From positions 68,882,001 to 68,946,000 of the forward strand of contig OX597822.1 in assembly GCA_951406725.2 (NCBI GenBank): a stretch of DNA of 64,000 bases, given 5' to 3'. Origin of the DNA: Octopus vulgaris. Lineage: Eukaryota. The notes below the pieces were generated by a model. It saw nothing but the letters and a program-made list of their open reading frames with translations, made no database searches and was not told the DNA's origin. Numbering within the stretch: the first letter of the stretch is position 1; every line of letters starts with the position of its first letter. The position numbers and the translations under genes are program-made. This document shows positions 25,316 to 37,839 of this stretch, piece after piece.

Positions 25316-25871
25316 CGATTCTGCTTGAAACATCTGTCATGTGACGGGCGAGTGATCTGTAGTTCAGCAGGATTTTGAGCTGTATCATTATTCGTTGAAT
25401 AAAGTCTTTGGTATTCAGATTTCTTATTGTTACTAACAATGTCAGCTTCTTCAGTGAATGAAGTTGGTCTGCGTTATATGCCCTCAAACAATTAGTGTAA
25501 TTCCTTCTCAATTAGTGTCGGTCTCTTCGCAGTTCAAACACTTGTTAGGCACCTCTGCAAAGTTTCTTACTAGTATTCCTGACTTCGAGAGACACACGCC
25601 CTAGTAAACTTCGTATCACACGAGATATTCGAATTTATCGCAGATAAAATCCTCCTAAGGATATTTACATGAAACCAATGAGCGAGATTGGTTACACCAG
25701 CCTGTAACTCACAAACAACAGCCAACTGGATCCCCGGAACAGCTTCTTTAATCTTTAAAATTCTTGGTTAATGAATACCAAGCGTGTATATTCCGAGTGT
25801 GCGAGGTGTGCGCTGCACACCCATCAGAAATGGGAAATTCCTTATAAATATTAACCTTACTAATCAATTTT

Positions 25872-26251
25872 CTTTTTCTTTTTTTTTTCGTTTTACTTGT
25901 TTCAGTCATTTGACAGCGGCCATGCTGGAGCACCGCCTTTAGTCGAACAAATCGATCCCAGGACTTATTCTTTGTAAGCCTAGTACTTAATCTATCGGTT
26001 TCTTTCGCCGAACCGCTAAGTTACGGGGACGTAAATACACCAACATCGGTTGTGAAGCGATGGTGGGGGGACAAACATAGACACAAACACACACACACAC
26101 ACACATGACAGGTTTCTTTCAGATTCCGTCTACCAAATCCACTCACAAGGCTTTGGTCGGCCCGAGGCTATAGCAGAAGACACTTGCCCAAGGAGCCACG
26201 CAATGGGACTGAACCCGGAACCATGTGGTTCGTAAGCAAGCTACTTACCAC
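25872..26251 (-). mobile_element. SINE family A, CpG-retaining copy
   Basis: Near-full-length match to other copies; flanking direct repeat tcaatttt. Confidence 0.92.
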
Positions 26252-27711
26252 TCAATTTTTGTTATACCCCTGTTTGAAATTTGGTGGTATTGGATGTGAC
26301 AGCACACCCTATACAACAACCACCATGTCACTGGTGAATACAACTTCAAAGCAGTGAATTATATACAAAAAAATAAATTAGGTAATGGATGCATTCGTTA
26401 CTGAAATAATATCGATCAGTATCAGACTTGGAGACTAGTCGAAAATAAAACGTTGGTCTTTAAAATAGCACAATTGCAAGCACAAACATTGCACTTAATT
26501 CTAGAGAATGCCAGCGTTTATTAGGCCATTTTCACAGGTATGCGAATATCTTCAGGATCCCGTTAGATACTGTTACAATACAAGTTGAAAACCAATCTCA
26601 AATGTATATATGAACTTCTCCAACAAGTTTATCAGGATATCCTTGGAAATGCCTCTACTGTTGCAAAAGAGGGCCCCTAGTAAGAATGTATTTCAGCGGC
26701 TGCTTCCCATAATTGTTATTGTTACTGTTGGGGGAGTATAGATACGATTCAAAAAGAGTCCAGCAAAAGTTGTTGCATATCACCAGTCTGATATGAAAAA
26801 AACCCCCAAAAGACCATTATAGATGGTCGTGGTCACCAATTATAGATAGTGGTCCGTTGTGCGTGTAGTGTGACCATCTAATATCGACTCATATCAGAAG
26901 GCTGAAATAATATATATATTGTGCCAGTTGGAAAAGAGAGACAACCGCGTAGAAGGCTTATGAAAGATTTGTTGATATATTTACATGCATATGTGTGGGT
27001 TGTATGTTTGCTGTTAACCATGGTGTAGTAATTCACGAACAGTGCTATGTTAGAACCTGTGCAGTGTTGCTGGTGCTGAGTACGTAGAGATTTTGTTGAC
27101 GAGGTTGGCGACGAAGATGGAAGTCGCTGTAATGCTGTTGAACAGGTGTTGTCTGGCGTCGTCGCTGGAACTGGATGTGTCGTGTGGTCGGTGGTTGGGC
27201 CTTAGAAGGTCTGGAACCAAAGACTTCGATACAAGGAGAAGATGAGTTTTTATAAGTAACAGTAGGCTCAAATCGGATTGGGAACAGACTGTCTCACGTG
27301 ATCTTATTTAGGAACCTCGATTGATTAGGTTGCTTACAGGCGCGATAGAGTAAGAGACAAATTGTGCCAATATCAACCAATCAGAGTGGTGGACACTACG
27401 GTGTCGAAATAGCGACCAAAGGTTAGCTGTTAACTGCTACGTTCGAATGTATGTATATATATAATAAAGAAGGGAGGAATTTCACTAGAGTGTACGCTCA
27501 CCATTTTCACAGGTGTGCGAATATCTTCAGGAACCCGTTAGATACTGTTACAATCCAAGTTGTCAGCTTTAATTGAAAATCCTTTATCTCATGCGTTCGT
27601 TAATGTTGTACTTTGCAATCAATCAGTTAAGCTTCACTTGACTGTAGAAACACCGGTGACTTTATCGAAGCTGATATTGCTAATCAGGCCATCTAATCAT
27701 AAAACAATACA

Positions 27712-28090
27712 GAGGCGCCGGCATGCTTACGTAGTTTAGAAGCTCGCTTTGCAAACAGTTAGTTTTGGGTTCAGTCCCAATGTGTGGGGACCGATAAATA
27801 CCTTGTGAATGACTTTGGTAAACGGCAACTAAGTGGAAGTCTGTCGTGTGTGTGTGTGTGTGTGTGTGCATGCGCGCGCGAGGGTATGTGCGTTTCTCCA
27901 GCACCATCGAACGAGAGCCGATGCTGGTTTGTTAACATCCCCGTAACTGAACTGCCCGGCAAAAGAGGCCTATATAATAAGTACCAGACTTGCAATAAGT
28001 ACAGTGGCCGATTTGCTCGACCAAACTCTTTGAAGGGCTCCAGCATGACCGCAGTCCAATGATTGAAACAAGTAAAAGGTAAAAAAAGCA
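27712..28090 (+). mobile_element. SINE family A, old diverged copy
   Basis: ggcgccggcatg...gggttcagtccc...ccttgtgaat...gctccagcatgaccgcagtccaatgattgaaacaagtaaaag. Confidence 0.82.
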
Positions 28091-28199
28091 ACATTATAGT
28101 AGCGTCAGCCCATCATTAGTTTTTCTCCTATTACGAGAATATACGAAGTTGGCCTTCAGTATGATGAAAAGTTGTACAATAGCAGCCATTGTTTGTCAC

Positions 28200-30345
28200 A
28201 CAGTCTCTGTTCAGAGTTTTACTGGACGGATTTCAGCATTCATCTCTTTTATCCATACATTCGTGGGGGAGCATTTAAGTTTAATGGCCTAGAAGTTCCT
28301 TTAGTCTTGCGAAATTTTGCTTGCTTAAATATTTTGACTGTTACACCATTTTATTTTTTATTCAACCCCCAATCGTAAAACTCACGACTACACCTTCTCG
28401 ATGGTATTATGTGGGCGATTCCAAATTCTTAAGGCAACAAGTGGACTTCCCAATAAAAGAAGTCTCATAGAACTTAGTAATTCACAGTGGAGAGCCAAGT
28501 TGTAACAAAAAAACAAAACAAACTAAAACCATACATGATACCTCTGCATTGATTTCTCAAACATTATTACTCATGCTTTCGTGATGTTTCTCCAGCGACT
28601 GTCATTGATGAATTGATATTATACTATATCAGAATAGTTGTATTTTAGCAAAGTCGATATGATCAATGACTACTAGTGATTAAAGAGCGTCCTCATACTG
28701 CTTTTCAAGCCTTGCGGCAATTGTATCAGTATATCTAGACTTTTATATGGCTTTACGAACGCAGTGATATGTTTACAACGGGCGATGAACCATATCTCGC
28801 AGAATAAACATGAATCCATCTATTCGCCGTTAGACATCATTGCATGCAGTATTTATCAGAAAATTTCTATCATGTGTCAAAGATTTCAATATAGCTAGTT
28901 TCAGTGAAAAAGGCGCTGTGTGTGTGAAAAACAATTACCCTTGATTATTGCATAAAACACCTCAAAATAAACCTGATCCGATAGGTTACTTTCTCTTTAA
29001 TGCTTCAGGATTTCTATTACTAAAACGGAACTTGAAAAAAACAAATCATGCAGTTGATAGTTTCTTAGAGTATATGGGTTGTACATTTTACTGACTAGGT
29101 AAGACCGTTAATGAAATGTACCACGTTTTCCATTCCCCAAGAAGTTGTTACGGCTTTCAAAAATATTAAAATCGATGTACATATGCTTGCATCTTTGCTA
29201 TAGCCAACTCTATCGCGTCTACTGTCGAGATTGACACACCAGACATTGGCCTAGCTCCCGCGGTTAAAGGGCCCCATGTTAAGATCAAAGTACGAGGGTG
29301 ACTCAAAAAGTAATACCATTTTCTTTAGGACAGGTATAATTACCAATACAGGAACATGTATCATACATCAAAATGAAGCTGGTCCTCTGTGGATCACATC
29401 CCTACTTCTCAACATAGTCACCGTTTCTCTCAATAGCAATGTTCCACCATCGAATGAGAGCATGTATCCCTGCCCCGTAAAAATCTGTTGACTGTTCTTT
29501 GAGCCATTTCTTCACTACAGTTTTCACTCCCTCGTCACTGGAATAATGTTTGCCTCTCAAACACTCTGTCATGGAGCCGAAGAGGTGATAGTCTGAAGGC
29601 GCTAAATTATTCCAGGGACAAGGAAGTGAAAACTGTAGTGAAGGAATGGCTCAAAGAACAGTCAACAGAATTTTACGGGGCGGGATAAAAGCTCTCATTC
29701 GAAGGTGGAACATTGCTACTGAGAGAAACGGTGACTATGTTGAGAAGTAGGGATGTGATCCACAGAGAACGAGCTTCATTTTGATGTATGATATATGTTC
29801 CTGTATTGGTAATTGTACCTGTCCTAAACAAAATGGCATTACCTTTTGACTCACCCTCGTACGTAGATAAGTCATCTATTTACTTTGGTTAAGATGTTGA
29901 ACAAGAATTAAACTATGTTAAGTGAAAATTTCAAGAAATAAAGTGTTAATACATTGTACCAGCAAAAGTCCTTGTAAAAATATTACATTGTTGTACCACG
30001 AATGTGCACCAATCTTTGTGGATTGTCTATGATATCTATTGAACACGATGTATCTCAGCTTGGTTTTTCTGAACTGATCAATGATTTCGCGTCGTGTTTG
30101 TCTTTGAAAGTTGACTGGATTATAAAAGTGCTCTTTTATTCATATCTGGAAGTTTTACCCAATGAAATTTGTAATAGACCTAGATAAATTAAACTTGTAT
30201 TTTTAAAGATGTTCCTTACTATAACGAGAAATATTAAACTTCATTCAGATAGAATAAAGTAAAATATAGCTATGAATAAAAGGTGTGTAGATTATGAATT
30301 TTGATTGAAGGGATGGGGCCGCGAAACAAAATGTTGCAGCGGGGG
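28200..30345 (+). pseudogene. Highly decayed hAT-like transposase remnant, interrupted by the mariner foldback element
   Basis: LCGLSMISIEHDVSQLGFSELINDFAS at ~30015-30095 resembles a hAT C-terminus; weaker RFQILK..LIELSNSQWRAK at ~28415-28500; left boundary uncertain. Confidence 0.45.
29293..29859. mobile_element. Mariner-derived foldback MITE built from two inverted 3' ends
   Basis: TA TSD; ~255-bp inverted arms starting cgagggtga; minus strand LAPSDYHLFGSMTECLRGKHYSSDEGVKTVVKKWLKEQSTDFY...NGDYVEK*. Confidence 0.95.
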
Positions 30346-30869
30346 ATGGCTCTAAAAGTCACGTGACGGAACTATCTTCCGCAACTGAGCATCATCCATA
30401 TGCAACCTGGATACCTATCTCTGCTTTAACTCCATACATTGAAACCTCGAAAGCATCCTCCTATAGACTCATGTCTCTTTCAACGGCATAAAAACACAAT
30501 CACTGCACAGAAAAAAATATTTGTCAAATTTTTATTAGAAATATAAAAGTAACAAGTGTCGTGCACGCACAACCATGAATAATTTTAAGGCGAGTGAAAA
30601 TATCATTGCACTCCACTTCAACATGAACAGTCAACAGCTAAAGCTCTCATTATCCTGGTGAATGAACATCCTTAACATTAGCACTTCTAGAGCAAGGAAA
30701 CTTGATCTGGTATGAAGTGATTCACAAATACTCTCCTGCCTTTCAATACGACAATCTCATTTTTTGTCCTTTGCTAAGCCTTGTTTTGTTTGTTACTCCC
30801 ATTGATGAATTTCATCGGTCAAAGAAAACTTTCAAATCACCTGAAATATTTAATATTTAATTTGTGATT

Positions 30870-31070
30870 TTGGCGAACTGGTCGAATCATTAGCGCGACA
30901 AGCAAAATGTTAAGCAGCATCTCTTCGGGCTTATACGTTTAGTTCAAATACCGCCGAGCACAACTTTGCCTTTCATTCTTCCGAGGTCGATAAGATAAAG
31001 TAGAATATGTAATCCACTAGCTCCCCTCGGCTCAAAGTTTTCAGGTCTTGTGCCTATAGGAGAAAGAATT
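30870..31070 (+). mobile_element. SINE family B', diverged
   Basis: ggcgaactggtcgaatc...ctttgcctttcattcttccgaggtcgataag...caggtcttgtgccta. Confidence 0.78.
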
Positions 31071-32553
31071 ACTATTATTGTTACATTATAAATTGTATAA
31101 ACATAAAATCTAACCCAGATGTATTAATACAATTATCGTTTGCTTTTGTTATTTTTACAATCTCACCATTTAGTATTTTTTCTTAAGGCAAGATGAATGT
31201 TACGATTTTACGTTCTTGTAATTATTAATTGTATCACGTGATTGACAAATGCTCTTTGCTTTAAAACCGGATTTTGAGCTGAAAGCACTATTCGTTGAAT
31301 AAAGTCTTTGGTATACGAATCACTTTATCGTTACTTCTTACGACAATATACTTATTGAATGTGGAACAGAGCATAAAGCGAATGAAAAACATGAATTTAT
31401 GTCGACTTTGCCGGCAACTATGAATATTCTATTATGAAGGGTTCGGCCTTGCATTCTGCTCCAGGCATGCCCTAAAGCATTCCTGTTTCTCTTATTGGAC
31501 AACTGATCTGGATCGCCCTACGTGGCAGCACTTTCGAATCCGCTGTATAAGCTTGGGCTACCCCAGCCTCGGGGAGGGGAAGAGTTGAACAAACTTAAGG
31601 CCTGCCCCGGATGGCGTACACTCTATCTATGCCACTGGAACTAAATGCTTTTAACATAAACACGCGTTCTCGTGTGTGAGAACAAATAGTAACTCGTTAT
31701 TGAACTAAAAGTTTTATCCTATTCTTTCTTAGTATCTCATATTCCTCTATAAAACTCAAGTCCTCAGTTTACGAAAATAACGTAACACAATTTTGAAAAA
31801 GGCTTTCTCTTTTGCCGATGCTAGTCTAGACATATACTGTGTGTGTGCGTTGTCAATGGAATATATTTTTAACATGCATTGGAAACTTGAATCAGTGACT
31901 ATTTTATTAGGAAACCTTCGGATTTCCTTATATAATTTGTTTTGTTTAGAACAATAAATTTTCTAGGTTAATCGACATTTCCAACACCTTCCACAACTTA
32001 TATCCTGGAGGAAACGGTTTTAGTGGCGATAGCTATTGGTGAGAATTGTGTGTGTGGATGTATGTATTCATAATTTTTTTTATGTATTTCAGCTCAAAGA
32101 CTGTGATCATGCTGGGGCATATAAAGACAGCTGTATCAGTCCTAATGCTCATGGAACCTTCATTAAGTGTCTTCTACTGTAACTCAGGACCGACCAATAC
32201 TTTGTGCATGGACTTGCTTGTTAAAAACTGAGGAAATCCGTAGTATACGTGGAAGTGTGTGTGGCTGTATACACACACCTTATTACAGCCCTAGTTGAAA
32301 TTGTACAACTTTCTTTAATATGGCAATTTCACTCCCTCATTTATCCCAGAAAAAAAAATATTTCTCCAACTTCCATTAGAGATATAGAAATAGACAAGTA
32401 TCCGCGCGCGCAACTATGAGCAAGAGACATTGACAAAAGAATCTAATATGTAGTTTTTTTTTTTAAAGACAGGCGAAAATACAGTGCAAATATTTTAATT
32501 ACCGATATACTGGTATAACGTTAAATGTATGGAGGTAAAATTCCTTACCAAGG

Positions 32554-32604
<51 letters not shown>

Positions 32605-33545
32605 TACCTCGTTATTGCTTGAAAGAAAAAAAATTGATATAAATCTTCATATACTAGGTTTTGTTCAGTTCAGTTCACGTGTTTTACATTTTATTTATTG
32701 TTATCTTTAGCGATTTTCCTTGCTTTGGTTCTTTTCTTTGTTCGTTGAATAGTTAGTTGCTTAGGTTTGTCCTATTACCATATTTTTTTTATATCATGTA
32801 ATAAAAGAACCACTTGTAGGTTGTCTTTTCGAACCATTGACCTCGATCTTCGCGACTAAAGCGCTCACTATCTTTCTCCTGTTGAGAGGGCGAGGTGAAG
32901 AAGGAGGAGGTATATACGTTCTTTGGCAATTCACTTGATTATTATTCATTTACATTCTTTTCTGTTGCTTCTTCTTATTTCATTTCTGGCGACAATATTA
33001 GATTAAAACAGAAGAAACCAAATTAGACTTCCCTCCTCCAGATAGCATTCCCTTCTCTAATGTTTACGAGTACATACATACATACATAGGTGTGCATATA
33101 TACATACACACAAGTTTTCAGAATGGCAGTAGCTGTAAATATACTTCCAAGTCAAGCACACCTGCTGGGATAAAATGGTTCCAGAGCAGGTCGTCTGTAG
33201 TCTGTCAGTATACACACACACATTTGAGGATGTCAGGAATTTAAACTATTAGAGTTCTAAGTTACCGACTGTTGACACACCTGCCATTAAGCCTTAAATT
33301 TTGGTTACAAAAACCTAAAGGCGGACTGTGCTTAGAAGAGTGTTTATTTATAGAAAAGTTAATATTTTGGATAAATTCATTCTTAATAATTGATAATTTA
33401 GTTATAATAAAACATTTTTTTCGATTATTAGGCTACACAAAATATTTCCTTCGTTATTTGGAAGGCAAATTCCAAACAATGCACAGGAATTGAACAGCAA
33501 AATATGACTCATACAATAAACATATATGTAAATCATTTCAATAGG

Positions 33546-33904
33546 TAAAATTCTTGCTATACCGTATCAGGCTTTTATCACCAAAACTTAAAATTTGCTC
33601 ACCTGCCTTCAAGGTGAACATCAGTATGGTCGCTCGATCTGCTAGAAATAGCAGCCTAATCTTCCTCATATAGTATATGAGGAAGATTAGTATATAGTAT
33701 ATGAGGAAGATTAGGCTGCTATTTCTAGCAGATCGAGCGACCATACTGATGTTCACCTTGAAGGCAGGTGAGCAAATTTTAAGTTTTGGTGACAAAAGCC
33801 TGATACGGTATAGCAAGAATTTTATCAAATGTGTCATTCCTCTTAAAGACGGTAGGGTATATGACATATACCCTACTCTTTAAGAGGAATGACACATTTG
33901 ATAA
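33546..33904. repeat. Two abutting near-perfect palindromes (127-bp arms and ~40-bp arms)
   Basis: 33546-33672 is the reverse complement of 33698-33824 with 1 mismatch; 33822-33863 pairs with 33865-33904 with a 2-nt bulge. Confidence 0.97.
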
Positions 33905-34319
33905 TTTAATCATACATTGTCTGGGTGGAAGAACTGGTCAAGTCTGGGACGGCTTTTATTATTATAGTCTTATTCGACCTGAGACTCACTGTAAGAAATG
34001 GGTTAAAATGTGCTAGAATGGACTTTTATTCCCAAGCAATTTTTTAATGTTCAGTTTTGTAGTAAATGTTATCCTTTGTCAAATTTCTACCTATTAAGTA
34101 TATCAGCCCACTTAACATGTGAAACTACTCTCGTGCAACACTTGATATTAGCAATAATATGTAGCGAGTTCCCATAACATTTTCTATTTATTTCATACGA
34201 AAATTTGAATAAATTACGCTAGTCAAGGGAATCCCAATATTTGGAATAGGATACTTGCTATCTTTTATTCTTTCAACTTTTCTTTAACTCTAGCTGCTTC
34301 ATCATTCAGTGAAGAATAT

Positions 34320-34995
34320 TGTTTGAACCACAGGATAGCTCTGATTGTAATGGATCTGTGAGAAAAGGCGTTTCAGCCATGACCATTTTATCTTATTCTT
34401 TTCTAGAAGTAATGAATTCCTAAGCGAACATTATAAAATAATATAAACTTGTTTTATTATTTTTTCTTGAAGACGGAAATTTCATTTCTTTTCTTTTTGT
34501 CACGAGGATTTGGTTGCTCTTTCTAGCAACTCGAGTGACCAGGTAAAGGCTCTCTTGTTGCCTCGTCTCGTTCCCTTCGTCACCTGTTGTTTAGTCCCGA
34601 GTTGGATGACTGAACAGACATGATTAAAGACGTCCCAACTGTGACCATTCCGTCTTTCTTCCCAGACATAATGGACTCTACGTGTTAATCATAGAATAGA
34701 GGTTTTTCTATCTTGTATATAAAAAAGTTTGGCTACTTTTTCTAGCAGGTCATGCAACCACATACAGGCTCCGTCGTTGGTCTGTCTCAGTAATAATTTT
34801 GTTGTTATTTAGCATCAAATCAACCCTAATGCAGCAAACCTATTATCAAAGACATTCCAGCCTTCAGCAAACCGTCTTTTTAGGGATAATCTAGGACATT
34901 ACGTACAATGGGGGTATGATTTAGGTAGGGGTGATACTTTGGCTGCTATTTTTAGCGTGTCGAGTGACCAGGTAGAGGCTCTTTCATTGGTTCGA
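34320..34995 (+). repeat. Three head-to-tail diverged copies of dispersed repeat J
   Basis: Each ends tttggYtRctWtttYtagc...tcRWgYRaccaSRtaVaggctc...ttg; other copies at ~9955-10145, 35730-35885 and, on the minus strand, 33546-33904 and 54125-54310. Confidence 0.7.
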
Positions 34996-35457
34996 TTGCG
35001 TGATGAGATTTTTTACACATCATTGACTGATTAACGAAGGAGCGGAAGTGAAAATAACTAATTCATATTAGGAAAAGTTGATGCCACATTTGAAAGAAAC
35101 AAACCCAAATTGTTGCTGCATTATATGTATGCATGTGTGTGTGTGATCGGCAGAAGTTAGAGAGTAAGTCAAATGCAGAGTTTCTTGTATTGGCACTTAC
35201 CAAACACAAATTTGGCCAATGTCACTCTGTAACTTCTGCCTATTATTAATGTGTGTGTGTGTGTTATAAAAACATTTCTGGATATTAAAAAAAGGTTTTG
35301 TTAGGGGAGATTTTCAGTTTAAATTTTTCTGTTGTCAAAGAGTCATCGTTTTGTCAATGACTAAGGGAAAATTAACGTAATGTGTGTGTGAGTGTGTTTC
35401 AAAGTAATTTATTTCAGGTACACGATGTATAATAGGTCATTAAATGTAAAACTGTAA

Positions 35458-35497
<40 letters not shown>

Positions 35498-36743
35498 TAC
35501 AAGGGCACTCATTAGGGACTTCCATTGTAAATTGAAACTATAATTGTAGTGAGCAGAGCTGTGACTGTTTTAGCAGCTTTATAGACCGTCAGGTAAGTCA
35601 ATACACTGGGTCCTATGTTATTTATTGACAGCAAACTAGTGTACATAGATCAGAACAGGGACCCTAGACTTGTGAGGTCCCCGAACAACTGTTCAGTGTG
35701 CTCATGCTGTAACACGCACTGATTGAAGGTACTCTATCTGTGACCATGTCATTTGAGCGACATTTAGGAGTGCATAATGTAATGTGTCCTTCCCTTTTAC
35801 GAAGATGATGGTAGGTGTTGTTCTTAGGCTGCTATTTCTAAACAGCTCGAGCAGCGACGTAGGTAAAAGATCCCGCATTGGTTCGATAATTAAGAAATAT
35901 ATTTTGCCTTATGTGGCTGTAATATTTCCTCGTGTATTTTATTTTATATACATCGGTTCTTAATTCTGTAAGACTGACATGCATAGAGATATAGATTTAT
36001 ATTTCTAACACATACGTCCAGAATAATGAATGAACGAAAGTAAAAGGAAATAATTTATGGTGAAAAGATTATCACGTTTTTAATGGGATACATAAAGCTA
36101 ACAATTGTCAGTTATTTATCATAACATTAGAATTAACAGAAAGTCCTCACAAAATGTGTGTGTGAGTATTAGATAGATGTGTGTGTGTTTCAGTTACCAT
36201 TTTGCTAAGGGAGAAAGTGAAATTAACATTAACAAAACAACAAAACATTCAACGACTAGCGATCTTTCGATGTAAATTATGTATTGTAATGCCCATTTTC
36301 TGACAAATATATTCGGTGTCCGATGCTATTTAAAATATTCCTGAAAGTGTTAGGATGAAAAATCGGATACGCCGAAGTTTAAGTTACGAAAGAGGAAATT
36401 TAAAAATGGAAAATAAGTCAGTCGGTTTCTTTATGCGTGCAAAAATATGCATTGTTGAAAAAGTTACTAGAAAACAAAGTCCTGATAATGAGGTGTTGAG
36501 AATCGAATTAAACTATGTCAAAAAAAAAAAAAATATATATATAAAAGGAATTGTCACGGCTGGAACGGTTTCGAAAAAGAAAAAAGATATATATTTTGAA
36601 AAACAGACGTCGTGGCATCCAGTATTTAAGACATTCAATGCTGAAATAGCAGTCAAATCCTCCTTAGAAATAGAAAATTTCTTAAAAAAAAAAAAAAGAA
36701 AAAAAAGTAATTAAGAGGAAAAAATTTATTTTTTATCTAATCG

Positions 36744-36810
36744 CAACCCTAACCCTAACTTTAAACCTTAATCCTAAATCCTCATCCCTAAAACGCCTAA
36801 ACCCTGATCC
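36744..36810. repeat. Degenerate (CCCTAA)n telomere-like tract
   Basis: aaccctaaccctaactttaaaccttaatcctaaatcctcatccctaaaacgcctaaaccctga. Confidence 0.65.
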
Positions 36811-37127
36811 TTGGGACTTTATTTCCTTGTTTTAAAAAGTGCATAACATACTTCTGTATATGCGAATGGAAGCAAATGTATTTTGCATTTTGAAAAGTTT
36901 CTATATGGAGTGCTTAAATTCTGGGAAAATAAAAAAAAAAAATCTAACAAAAAAATCTTTGCAATTTTGGAAATCAAAAGTACCATTGATATCAGTCGTG
37001 GGTAACTATTACCCATAGGACTTCCTGAAGTCTAACGAAAATCTACCTTGAGTGCAGCCTACCTGATGATGGGCCATGTCTTATGCAACCCACTTAGTAT
37101 GAAAGGTTGCCCCTGCTTGCTCTACAT

Positions 37128-37352
37128 TAGTGTTTCTCAACCATTTTTCATCTATGGACCACTTTCGTTCCTATTTTACTCAGATAGACCTTCCTATTAT
37201 ATTTTTATTATTATGTAAAAATATAATTCCGGGTTCCAGGTTCAGTCCCACTGCGTGGCACCTTGGGCAAGTGTCTTCGACTATAGCCTCGGGCCGACCA
37301 AAGCCTTGTAAGTGGATTTGGCAGACGGAAACTGAAAGAAGCCCATCGTATA

Positions 37353-37409
<57 letters not shown>

Positions 37410-37761
37410 ATATGTTTGTGTGTCTGTGTTTGTTCCCCCCAACATTGCTTGACAACCGGTGCTGGTGCGTTTACGTCCCTGTAATCTAGCGGTTCAGCAA
37501 AAGAGACTGATAGAATAAGTACTAGGCTTACAAAGAATAAGTCCTGGGGTCGATTTGCTTGACTAAAAGGCGGTGCTCCAGCATAGCCACAGTCAAATGA
37601 CTGAAACAAGTAAAGGAGAATATATTATTAGGAATTTTATAAAAATAATTATTAAAATATTTAGTGCATTGTAGAAGTATAACAAATTTATTGCAGATAA
37701 ATGTTAACAAAATATTGTATGGAACCCCAAGGGCCACATGAACCCTGGTTGAGAATCACTG
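37128..37761. mobile_element. hAT (Charlie-like) MITE with SINE A inserted at ~37228-37620
   Basis: Termini tagtgtttctcaacc / ggttgagaatcactg; perfect 8-bp TSD ctctacat. Confidence 0.9.
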
Positions 37762-37839
37762 CTCTACATGATTGTCCTTTCTGCTGGAAATAACCGTCTA
37801 ATCTCCCTCAAACCACACCCTAGTAGGAGGAGGGGGAGA

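Noticed and set aside
33538-33883. Identical peptides on opposite strands
   Set aside because: A consequence of the palindrome, not coding evidence
37056-37112. ctgatga...gaaa as a hammerhead
   Set aside because: Stem II does not abut GAAA and there is no stem III or UH cleavage site
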